Below are positions 20,845 to 29,833 of a stretch of DNA of 49,287 nt, piece by piece (within the stretch, counting starts at the first letter, position 1; each line of letters starts with the position of its first letter). Origin of the DNA: Chamaesiphon sp. (GTDB lineage Bacteria > Cyanobacteriota > Cyanobacteriia > Cyanobacteriales > Chamaesiphonaceae); assembly GCA_965246715.1 (NCBI GenBank), contig CBDFFH010000019.1:1-49287 (forward strand), written 5' to 3'. Made by a program: the position numbers and the translations under genes. The notes below the pieces were generated by a model that ran no database searches, had not been told where the DNA came from, and saw nothing but the letters and a program-made list of their open reading frames with translations.

Positions 20845-21489
20845 TTACTCCCCTTTCGCTTCTTTAGCGACTTGTTCGATTTCATCAGTCGCCAAGATTG
20901 CCAAATTTTGTTGTGCCAAATCACCACCCAATGCCCGCAACGAACGCGCTAATTGATAGCGGATTTGCCAATCGGGGTGGGTGACAAAGGGAATGATGCT
21001 CTCAACCGCACTCGGATTGCCCAGTTCGCCAATCGCACCAATCGCCGCCGTTTGTACCAAAGCCGTCGGCGAGGTAAGCGCGGTTTTTAATAAATCTAAG
21101 CCGCGTGGTTCGCCCAATTCACCTAGCGCGGCGATAATGCTAAACTGTACCAACCATTCCGGCGTAGTCTGATACAGATGCTGGAGATCGTCAAAAGCAG
21201 CTACGATCTTTAATGCGCCGATCGCATCGGCGGCGGCGGCTTGAACATCAGGTTCGGGATCGTTGACCAATCGATCGCGTAAAATAGCCGAACTCTCGAC
21301 TAAATCTTCTGTGCCTAATGATGCTAATTGACTTACCGCTGCATAGCGCACTCTCGTGTCCTTATCTAGCACCAATTGTTTGATATAACCATAAGCCATC
21401 GCTGGTTCGATGTCCCGCACCAGATTCAAGGCTTTGATGCGATCGCCTTTAGATTCAGAATTAACCAGTGCAGTAATCGATTCAGTCAT
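20845..21489 (-). CDS. nblB: Phycobilisome degradation HEAT-repeat protein NblB
   Basis: GDRIKALN, VRYAAVSQL, DPEPDVQAAAADAIGAL, EWLVQFSIIAALGELG. Confidence 0.8.
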   Translation of the reverse strand: MTESITALVNSESKGDRIKALNLVRDIEPAMAYGYIKQLVLDKDTRVRYAAVSQLASLGTEDLVESSAILRDRLVNDPEPDVQAAAADAIGALKIVAAFDDLQHLYQTTPEWLVQFSIIAALGELGEPRGLDLLKTALTSPTALVQTAAIGAIGELGNPSAVESIIPFVTHPDWQIRYQLARSLRALGGDLAQQNLAILATDEIEQVAKEAKGE

Positions 21490-21614
21490 GGCTCGGTATA
21501 GGTAGAGTACATGATATTAACCTAGCATTTGTCAGGGTGGGTTTTGAGATAAGTTATCGATCGCACAAATTACAGATTACAGACTTACAAACCACATTAT
21601 CGATCTGGTAGCTG

Positions 21615-24600
21615 TCACCCCGATGCTCTTCTAGTTAATCTGGTGGTTGTTAGCTCGTCCAATCCATTTAACCCAGCGATAAAATCTCTTGCCAGTCGAT
21701 CGATCCTACCGCTCTCACAACCATCGGGAACAGTTAAAAACAAGCTAACGGTACTAGTTAGCTCGCTAGTTGTGACTTGCGGACTCGGACGGACGAATAG
21801 ATCGAGTTGTTCGAGTTGAATTACCAAGCCGATGAGACAACCCTCCAAAATTCCTAGAGATTTTTCGCGTTCCTGGAGATCGGCAGTTACGATCTCGATC
21901 GTTAACACAGTATCAAATTCTGCCTCAAAATTAACTAGTGAATATAGCATTTGCCAATTACTTTTATCGACTAAAATTTGACTGGTAATTACCGCACCTC
22001 TAGCCAACTCAGCTTGTAAAATTCGAGCGGTAGAGCGCGTAACGTTTCTAGCGGTATTTTTGCAAGGTTCGATCGAAGACACGATTGGTAACCAATCCCT
22101 AGGCACATGCGCTTCATAAGCTCTGCCTACAGCTGTGAGCGATAGCGGCTCGCTCCAATCGTACCGACTCAGCAGATCGAAGAAATGAGCGAGCAAGGAT
22201 TCGATCGTGAGATCTTTACCCCGATAATCGATACAACTGTAAGCACACAACAACGACCAGGAAAATCCACCTAAAAATCCCCAGGAGTTGCCATAAATAC
22301 CGCGAGCTTTAGCCCAGCCTCGAACAGCTTTTAATAACAACTTAAAAGAGTCCGATGGTAGATGTTGTGAGACTAAATCCATAATGAGATCGGCATCCCA
22401 ACAGCCACTAATCGACTTCGGATTTTTAATCTGCGGTTTGAGCGCATGAAGATCGAGTTTTTCCCAACCATCAATCACTTCAACCTGGGTATACAGTAAA
22501 TCCAGCGATATCCCCTCGATTTGTAACCGCAGTACCGGAAATCTGGCATCGACGACTACTTGAGATCGATCGCATAATCCCTGCAAACATGCCTCCACCC
22601 TACCCAAAAATCGCTTACCAGCGACATAATTGGGAATCGTACAAATGACATCCACATCGCTATCCGAGCTGGCTACGCCCAATCTCGCCGAGCCGAGTAA
22701 GTGCAAAGTTGCCTCAAACCCCAAACATTCCGTACAAGCCTGCTGCACGATGGCTAAAACAGTCTCCCGTTGCAACCGTTCGGCAGGGCTTAATTCTGGC
22801 TCTAGGCGGGCAACTATCGCCATCAATTCGCTCGATTGAGTGACTGGAGGGATAAATTTACCCAACTCCACCAAATGTCGCGTCGCACAAGGTTCGTCGT
22901 TGCGACGACTGACTAAAGCGACTGCATCGACGGTAAATTTTACGGGATGCCATTGCGGTAATTTTGCTTTAGCTAGCGCGGGAGTATCGAATTGTCCGAC
23001 ACTCAAATGTGGCGTAAATCCCGCCTCGGTTTTGGTACTCTGTTCGTAACATTGAGGAAAGAGCTGATTTAGCCGAGCCTGCAACTCGTGTAATGCTCCT
23101 GCTGGCTGGACTACCGGACGCAGCCAAGCAGTTGCCGTCTTGCGATGGGTGAAAATTTGAAAATCAGTTAATGTGACGGTAAATGGCTCGATTGTTGCCA
23201 AGATCGGCGCGATTAGATCGACGACTTCCTCAAAATATTCATCCGGTAAAAATCCATACAGCAAGGTGATATGCGGTACGATTCGCACGAATCCCGCATC
23301 ATATTGTTGTCTGATTGCTTGAATTTGGGGAAATAGATCTTCAGGAGGAATGATTGCTAAGATGCTTTCATAGACTGGGCGAATCGTGGTTAAGCCATGA
23401 AAATTTTGGATTGTGCTCGGATATGAATCGATTTGTAATGACGATTTAGCTGCATTAGCAGTAGATTGAGGGTTAGACTCGGCAACTTTTAACACCGTAA
23501 AAATACCAAAATGATCTGAAGGATAAATTTGTTTGTTAGTACCGCTGACAGGGCTGCAGCCAAATAAATTTACCGATCGAGGTTGATAATTAGCCACTGG
23601 ATCTCGGCGGAGTAAAATGCGATCGAATCGAGCTGGTTTTCCTGCCAAACTCATCAACATCGCCAATGGATTGCACTCTGGATCGAATGTATAACCAGCT
23701 TCATCTGGATACAATTGGTTCCATAGATCGCTAAAATTAGCATAATTTACAATCTCATCCTGCTCGTTAGCTCGCGTATTAAAATCACCGACGATTAGGC
23801 AATCTCCCACTTGCTGTTCGAGATAACCGATGACTGTTGCTAGTTGCTGGATCCGTTTTTGTAAAGCATTTTCACCGCGATCGCTAGTTAGGTGAACGTT
23901 AGCGACACGAACGGATCGATCGTTAATCTGCCAATTGCCCACTAATACCCGCTTGTGTCCAGAAAATTGATATTCTAATAATTCAAATGGCCACCGTGAC
24001 ATCAATAAATTGCCATAAGGTTTGACATTATTCGCACTAGCAGATTCAGAAATATAATAATCTTTAACCCAATCTGTAGCTAAAATAAACGCAATCGATT
24101 CGGGAGTTACTTCCTGGATGGCGATAATATCAGCCTGAGTTTGTTGTAACTCATTGAGAATAGCTGGCAAACGTTTATCCGTTTGGATTTTATCTGCTTC
24201 ATGGAGATTGGAGAGAATATTATAGCTAGCAATAGTCAGCAAATCGAGATCGATCGCTGTTACTGTACCGGTAAATACCCGCCACTCATTAGCCACATGA
24301 TGATAAACCGATCGTGATTTAAATTCAGCTCGATTGTTAGCAATTAACGCGGCTAAATCTTCTTGGCTAGCTCTCGTAGGATCTAATTTCCATGCAATAG
24401 TAGGTAATTTGTCTGTCGAGATGAGATCGATTCTATCATCTCGATCCCAAACGATGACATCACCACAGCGAATATAGCGAACTCGATGCCACGGAATATC
24501 GCTATTGTCGTCCCACTGAGCTAAAGGTTTTTCTCTAATCCCATCGGCGATCCGTTCGTGAAATCCGGCAATAAACATATTGCGATTCAGCCGAGTGTCC

Positions 24601-24668
24601 CAAATGATGCGGTTATATACTTCCGCGATCGTTGCCATTTTTTGTTTTTCTGGTTTTTGATTTGACAT
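21615..24668 (-). CDS. Multidomain RNA-repair protein: MJ1316/DUF504 + EEP phosphoesterase + 2H phosphoesterase + eukaryote-type poly(A) polymerase
   Basis: MJ1316: YNRIIWD..IPWHRVRY..VWDR. EEP: SYNIL, IQEV, GDFN, RFDRI, SDHFG. 2H: PHITL and PHLSV. PAP: GSARLGV..SDVD, GISLDLLY, WAKARGIYGNSWGFLGG, PCKNTARNVTRST. Confidence 0.88.
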   Translation of the reverse strand: MSNQKPEKQKMATIAEVYNRIIWDTRLNRNMFIAGFHERIADGIREKPLAQWDDNSDIPWHRVRYIRCGDVIVWDRDDRIDLISTDKLPTIAWKLDPTRASQEDLAALIANNRAEFKSRSVYHHVANEWRVFTGTVTAIDLDLLTIASYNILSNLHEADKIQTDKRLPAILNELQQTQADIIAIQEVTPESIAFILATDWVKDYYISESASANNVKPYGNLLMSRWPFELLEYQFSGHKRVLVGNWQINDRSVRVANVHLTSDRGENALQKRIQQLATVIGYLEQQVGDCLIVGDFNTRANEQDEIVNYANFSDLWNQLYPDEAGYTFDPECNPLAMLMSLAGKPARFDRILLRRDPVANYQPRSVNLFGCSPVSGTNKQIYPSDHFGIFTVLKVAESNPQSTANAAKSSLQIDSYPSTIQNFHGLTTIRPVYESILAIIPPEDLFPQIQAIRQQYDAGFVRIVPHITLLYGFLPDEYFEEVVDLIAPILATIEPFTVTLTDFQIFTHRKTATAWLRPVVQPAGALHELQARLNQLFPQCYEQSTKTEAGFTPHLSVGQFDTPALAKAKLPQWHPVKFTVDAVALVSRRNDEPCATRHLVELGKFIPPVTQSSELMAIVARLEPELSPAERLQRETVLAIVQQACTECLGFEATLHLLGSARLGVASSDSDVDVICTIPNYVAGKRFLGRVEACLQGLCDRSQVVVDARFPVLRLQIEGISLDLLYTQVEVIDGWEKLDLHALKPQIKNPKSISGCWDADLIMDLVSQHLPSDSFKLLLKAVRGWAKARGIYGNSWGFLGGFSWSLLCAYSCIDYRGKDLTIESLLAHFFDLLSRYDWSEPLSLTAVGRAYEAHVPRDWLPIVSSIEPCKNTARNVTRSTARILQAELARGAVITSQILVDKSNWQMLYSLVNFEAEFDTVLTIEIVTADLQEREKSLGILEGCLIGLVIQLEQLDLFVRPSPQVTTSELTSTVSLFLTVPDGCESGRIDRLARDFIAGLNGLDELTTTRLTRRASG

Positions 24669-24746
24669 AATGTTATTAAAATCTTCATGAAGTCCCTTCG
24701 CTTAATAACCTTTCTAAGGGAGATTTATTACCCTTACATAGCACTG

Positions 24747-25895
24747 TTAAACTTTAACGACGTAATCTAATTGATGAGCTTCGGTAATGTTGGGAATTTC
24801 CACGCGATCGCGAAATCGATAGATAACGGCAGTAGGAACTTGCCTCGCTCGATTGCGATTTTGTTGTAATACTCGCTCGATCGGAACTTCCAGATACACG
24901 ATCCTGATTCGTGCATGATAGCTAGCAAATAACCGAATTAAACCCGATCGAATCGGTTTGACGATATTAGTTGCATTCCAGACAAATGGCGTTGCAGCTT
25001 GCAGATAGCCTTTTGCTAAATCTTTGCCAGCTTGGACGATCTCACCCTGCTCGGCTGTCGGAGAAATTTCCATTTCTGCGCGCAACCTGTCGAGTGATAC
25101 CATTGCTAAATCTGCATGATTTTGTTCGATCCAATAATCCTTACCAGTACCAGGTAAACCACACATGAGAATTACTTCTAATTGGGTATCGTCGTAAGCT
25201 GCATAAGTCGGATCGGCATCTTCTTTCTGAAAATACATAAATCGACTATGCGCCGATGCGAATGGATAAGGTCGATCGAAACAATCATGCTCGCGACAAA
25301 ATTCTCGAAAGAAATCGATCGTCTCTAATAATCTCTCTCGATCGGCACAAATCCGCCCCATAACATCTGCCTCAGCTATCAATGCCAACCAATCGCAGCG
25401 AACTAATTGGCTCACTCTAATAATCGATTTGAGTGGGCGATCTTTATCCCAAAACCATAACGGTAAACTTCCATATTCGACGATCGCGACGATTGCTTCG
25501 CGAATTGCAAATGGAGTATGCAAATCTTGCAAAATTTGCCGTACCATCCGCGCACCCAAAGTACCATGTCCCTTAGCAGTAATCTTGCCATCTGCATCTA
25601 CTTTAATAGACTCAGGTTTTGCAATATCATGAAACAAGGCTGCGGCAAATAAGATCGATCGATCTGTTGGATTCAGCGTTTGCCAAGTTGGTAGAGACAC
25701 TAAAGATTCACAGACTAATCGTGTATGTATCCATACATTGCCTTCGGCATGATAAAGCGGGTTTTGTTGGCATTGTGCTAGTTTTTGCAAGTATGGAAAT
25801 CTTGCTAAGATCGCTGCCCAATCAATTTGTAAATTTGATAGCAATGGACAATCGGGAAATGTCCAACTTGGATCTACAGTTACAATGGTATTCAT
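24747..25895 (-). CDS. HD phosphohydrolase fused to a P-loop (AAA_33/PNK-like) kinase
   Basis: HAEGNVWIHT, ALFHDIAKP, GLPGTGKD, WNATN. Confidence 0.88.
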   Translation of the reverse strand: MNTIVTVDPSWTFPDCPLLSNLQIDWAAILARFPYLQKLAQCQQNPLYHAEGNVWIHTRLVCESLVSLPTWQTLNPTDRSILFAAALFHDIAKPESIKVDADGKITAKGHGTLGARMVRQILQDLHTPFAIREAIVAIVEYGSLPLWFWDKDRPLKSIIRVSQLVRCDWLALIAEADVMGRICADRERLLETIDFFREFCREHDCFDRPYPFASAHSRFMYFQKEDADPTYAAYDDTQLEVILMCGLPGTGKDYWIEQNHADLAMVSLDRLRAEMEISPTAEQGEIVQAGKDLAKGYLQAATPFVWNATNIVKPIRSGLIRLFASYHARIRIVYLEVPIERVLQQNRNRARQVPTAVIYRFRDRVEIPNITEAHQLDYVVKV

Positions 25896-26040
25896 CTAAA
25901 CATACCTGTAAATAATTTATTGAAATCGGTTCTGTAAGTACTGATTTATGCTAGTAACTATGGAAAAAGGTAAAGTATATCGCTCTAGAGATTAGTTATA
26001 CAAACCCATTCTTGCAATATCTATGACAGATAAAAAGGAT

Positions 26041-26829
26041 TTAAATAATCCCAAATAAATCGACTCCAGCTTGTAGCTGATTGGGGATAATCGGACGACT
26101 CAACCAATGACTTTCAGACTGCAAAATCGTTGTTAAAAAGTCCGCACGGACGTATTTATAACGTGCCACTATCAACTCTGCTGTCTCGACTTTGAGATAC
26201 AATCCTTCCATCAACAAACTTTGATTTGTCTGTTGGATCGATCGATCTGCATCTAACCCTTGCTCGATACAAAGTTCGCGCAATCGATCGATATGTCCGG
26301 GTTGAATAAAATGCGATTGTTGCAGTAGGCTTACGAGTTGCTTGTGCGACTGGAGTTTGCCTGCAAATAACACTGGTACCGAAGCTAAAGGTAATCCTTG
26401 TAATAGATTGCTTCGCGCCGCCGTACTGAGAAAATTACCGCTAGCTCGATCGAGTAAATCGTATTCTAAGAAATAGTGCGGCAACCTGTTATAAAATACC
26501 GTATGTTTGGCATATAGCCATTCACCGTAGAGAAGATATCGATCGCCTAAAACATCCCACAATGCCGCATAATGACTGTGCGCCCATTGTTTGAAGAGGT
26601 TAAAATGCCGCTCGCGCGGGCCACCAGTTAAATAATGTCCGCGACTTTGCAATCGCAACTGTCCTTGCAAATCAAAGCTAATTGCCGCATTCGCGCCATC
26701 GACTTTTTCTTCTACTACGACGTACTCATTCGCAATTGCGCTAAATGGTACGCTATCTAAATCTTCATCCCCAGGTTGGTACCGCGAACCCTCAATATGT
26801 GGGGTTCTGGGATATTTTTGCATCAACAT
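26041..26829 (-). CDS. ATP-dependent RNA ligase family protein (Rnl-type nucleotidyltransferase)
   Basis: KYPRTPH, motif I EEKVDGAN, LQSRGH, YGEW, EGLYLK, RYKYVR. Confidence 0.9.
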   Translation of the reverse strand: MLMQKYPRTPHIEGSRYQPGDEDLDSVPFSAIANEYVVVEEKVDGANAAISFDLQGQLRLQSRGHYLTGGPRERHFNLFKQWAHSHYAALWDVLGDRYLLYGEWLYAKHTVFYNRLPHYFLEYDLLDRASGNFLSTAARSNLLQGLPLASVPVLFAGKLQSHKQLVSLLQQSHFIQPGHIDRLRELCIEQGLDADRSIQQTNQSLLMEGLYLKVETAELIVARYKYVRADFLTTILQSESHWLSRPIIPNQLQAGVDLFGII

Positions 26830-27006
26830 TTGAGTTCCCCTCTCAAGGCAACATTTTAATTAATTTGGTTGTGGTAATCGATCGAGCGAAATAATGTTTC
26901 GGTCGCAAGGCTGCTACTCTTGCTGAAAAACTTACCGCTGACAATTCGGTGGCTGACTGGCCGATAATGCCGATCGATTACTAATTAAAGATGGAGAGGT
27001 GGAGAA

Positions 27007-27012
27007 CTACAT
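27007..27012 (-). promoter_or_regulatory. Start-stop uORF (ATG TAG) overlapping a candidate anti-SD in the ligase leader
   Basis: Minus strand reads GAGCGTCCT ATG TAG TTCTCCACCTCTCC; GTTCTCC-ACC-TCTC is complementary to the ligase SD GAGAGGGGAAC (26834-26844). Confidence 0.45.
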
Positions 27013-27045
27013 AGGACGCTCGCAGGCAAACTTATCGATATTCTC

Positions 27046-27074
27046 AATCTAGTGGATGAATTCTGAGATGTCAA
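27046..27074 (-). promoter_or_regulatory. Sigma70-type promoter for the RNA ligase operon
   Basis: Minus strand TTGACA-17 bp-TAGATT. Confidence 0.7.
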
Positions 27075-27594
27075 TAGCTAGATGACTCGATCTGGAAGAA
27101 TTTCGCTCGGTACTTTCAGAAACTCTATTTTTCACAGGTGATTTTAGCTTTGAAGCAATCATTAGATCGATTATTCCGCTTATTTAACTACTCGATCTAT
27201 TCAATCGATCGATAGAAAATGAATGCGAGAAATCTCGATCGGAGATCGCACGATAACGAATAGGGTATTTAATGTAGTTGTGAATGTCGATATAGTCTTT
27301 GCAGCTATTTTTAATCAAAATTTTAGCTGAATTTACTTTTCTGGCCTGCTTTGAGATGACTTGTCAACCGATCCGGGTTTATAATAGACATGGATCCAAG
27401 GTTACGACTAGCAAGCGGGAGTGCAATTGCGCCAGAAATTTGAGCTGTAGGAGATCGATTTAATGTATGTTCTGAGTGATGGGCAATTTGCTAATACAAC
27501 GGGACACTCACGAATCGGCTGTTTAATTTCGATCTAAACAGCAATTTAGTCAGCAGGTTAGCATCGATCTTTAAAGAATAAAAATTTCTGCATA

Positions 27595-29019
27595 ATGAAT
27601 CCTCAGCTACTTGCAAAATTACAAAACTTATGTCGAGATGAAGTTGCTTTCGAGCAACTCAAACAGACGCTCACAGCAGAACTGACACCATTAGAACGGG
27701 AAATCGAACAAGCCAAATTTCAGGTCGAGCAGCAAAAAGCCTTATTTCGTGTCATCGCTCGGCTGCGCGCACCTTTAGAACTGGAAGCTATTTTTCAAGC
27801 CACGGCTACTGAAGTCCGACAATTATTATCCGCCGATCGGGTGGGGATGTTCAGATTTTATCCCAATTCTGGTTGGGATGATGGTGAATTTGTCTCAGAA
27901 GATGTTGATGCCGCATTCCCATCAGCAATGGCGCAAAAAGTTCACGACCATTGCTTTGGCGAACAATTTGCGCACCGTTATCAGCATGGGCACATGCAGG
28001 TAGTTGCCGATATTTCTGCTGCGGGACTGAGCCAATGTCATATCGATGTGCTGTCACGGTTTCAGGTGCGGGCAAATCTAGCAGTTCCGCTGTTACAGGG
28101 GCAAAATCTGTGGGGGTTGCTGTGCATCCATCAATGCAGTGCGCCCCGCCAGTGGCAGGAAGTAGAAATTGAGTTTGTCAAACAAATCGCCAATCATTTG
28201 GGCATAGCCCTCAAACATGCCGAACTCATGGCTGAGTTACAGGCAGAAGTCATCGAACGCCAGCAGGCCGAGCAAGCCGTGCAAACTCTCAATAACGGTC
28301 TCCAGCAAGCTGTTGTCGATCTCAAGGCGGTAAATCGTGAGTTAGAGTCCTTTAGCTACTCGGTTTCGCACGATCTCCGCGCACCGTTACGCAGTATCGA
28401 TGGTTTCAGTCAAGCGCTGCTCGAAGACTGCGGCGAACACTTAGATGTCAATGGACAAGAATATCTGCGTCGGATTCGCAACGCAACGCAACGGATGGGC
28501 AACTTGATCGACGACATGCTCGATCTCGCTCAAGTGACGCGCAGTGAGATGAATCTGGCACCTGTCAATCTGAGTTTATTAGCCGACAACATCTGTACGG
28601 AGTTACAGCGGAGTCAGCCAGAACGTCAAGTCGATTTCGTCATCCAGCCAGGAGCAGTCGCCCAAGGAGATGCGCGACTGCTCCAAGTGTTACTGATGAA
28701 TTTACTCAATAATGCCTGGAAATTTAGTGCAAAAAGTCCACACGCACGCGTTGAGTTTGGTGTCATTTCTGATGAGACAGAGGTACCAGTTTACTTTGTC
28801 CGAGATAATGGTGCAGGCTTTGATATGACTTTTGCCAACAAGTTATTTGGGCCGTTTCAACGGCTCCACAGTGCCACTGAATTCCCTGGCAACGGGATCG
28901 GGCTGGCAACCGTCCAGCGGATCGCGCATCGGCATGGTGGTAAGGTCTGGGCAGAGAGTACTGTGGGACAAGGGGCAGCATTCTACTTTACGTTAAAACC
29001 AGGGACAGCAAGTATATGA
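27595..29019 (+). CDS. Cyanobacteriochrome (DXCF-type GAF) sensor histidine kinase
   Basis: GAF with DHCF and CH bilin-binding motifs and LWGLLCIHQC; HisKA SHDLRAPL; HATPase DNGAG, GNGIGLA. Confidence 0.88.
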   Translation: MNPQLLAKLQNLCRDEVAFEQLKQTLTAELTPLEREIEQAKFQVEQQKALFRVIARLRAPLELEAIFQATATEVRQLLSADRVGMFRFYPNSGWDDGEFVSEDVDAAFPSAMAQKVHDHCFGEQFAHRYQHGHMQVVADISAAGLSQCHIDVLSRFQVRANLAVPLLQGQNLWGLLCIHQCSAPRQWQEVEIEFVKQIANHLGIALKHAELMAELQAEVIERQQAEQAVQTLNNGLQQAVVDLKAVNRELESFSYSVSHDLRAPLRSIDGFSQALLEDCGEHLDVNGQEYLRRIRNATQRMGNLIDDMLDLAQVTRSEMNLAPVNLSLLADNICTELQRSQPERQVDFVIQPGAVAQGDARLLQVLLMNLLNNAWKFSAKSPHARVEFGVISDETEVPVYFVRDNGAGFDMTFANKLFGPFQRLHSATEFPGNGIGLATVQRIAHRHGGKVWAESTVGQGAAFYFTLKPGTASI

Positions 29020-29459
29020 GCGCGAATACCAAAACTATCCTACTGGTGGAAGACAATCCCGATGATGAAGCGCTGGCGCTCCGCGCCTTCAAACGCCATC
29101 ATATCGGTAACGAGATCGTCGTAGCCCATGATGGCGTGGAAGCGCTAGATTATTTGTTTGGGACTGGCATCTATCTCGGGCGGGATCTTAATGCCAAACC
29201 GACTGTGGTATTGCTCGATCTGAAGCTACCCCGACTCGATGGGATCGAAGTATTGCGCCGCATCAGAGCGGACGAGCGAACGAAACTGATGCCAGTAGTC
29301 GTGCTGACTACTTCCAGCGAAGAGCAAGATATGCTCGATAGCTATAGCTTGGGCTGCAATAGCTATATCCGCAAACCTGTCGATTTTCTTCAGTTCTCCG
29401 AAGCAATCAGACAATTAGGGATGTATTGGCTGTTAATGAACGAACCACCACCAGCTTAG
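29016..29459 (+). CDS. Single-domain response regulator (Rcp1-like)
   Basis: LVEDN, LLDLKLP, LTTS, YIRKP; ATGA overlap with the kinase. Confidence 0.92.
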   Translation: MSANTKTILLVEDNPDDEALALRAFKRHHIGNEIVVAHDGVEALDYLFGTGIYLGRDLNAKPTVVLLDLKLPRLDGIEVLRRIRADERTKLMPVVVLTTSSEEQDMLDSYSLGCNSYIRKPVDFLQFSEAIRQLGMYWLLMNEPPPA

Positions 29460-29501
29460 GAATGAGGATTTAATAAGATGCAGATCTACGCTTACCCCAA
29501 T

Positions 29502-29638
29502 CTTTGGTAGGGGCAATTCATGAAGCGGCGGTTTTATTCGGAGGTTCCCTCCGAATAAAAAAACCGACAAGACAGCGGCTCGCGCACGCCTTTGTTCCCC
29601 GACGTAAAAAGCGAGACAAGACATTGCCCCTACCAAAG
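29502..29638. repeat. REP-like palindrome interrupted by two tandem ~50-nt hairpin elements
   Basis: CTTTGGTAGGGGCAATTCATGAA|inserts 29525-29574 and 29575-29623|TTGCCCCTACCAAAG; the uninterrupted form is at 43152-43185. Confidence 0.85.
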
Positions 29639-29833
29639 GAGGAATTGTAGGTTATTTAATTCTTATTCATTAGGAGCGCGAAGCTAAAATCTGGGCTGTA
29701 AGAGTTTAGATCCCCAAACTCAACAGGCATTACCAAATCTAAGATCTAAATTTACTGCTCTCCCCCGCTCCTAAACTAGGGATGAATTAGCTTTTAACAA
29801 CCGAACTACTGCCCGCTTACCAAATCAGTCGAA

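Noticed and set aside
26900..27010. Loose resemblance of the ligase leader to IsaR1 sRNA (GTTCTCC..CTCT..GATCGGCA)
   Set aside because: Similarity is short and gapped and there is no matching terminator; better explained as operon leader
29433..29636. 67-aa ORF, or a CRISPR-like array suggested by repeated ACAAGACA
   Set aside because: Explained by nested palindromic repeats; no regular repeat-spacer array and no cas genes
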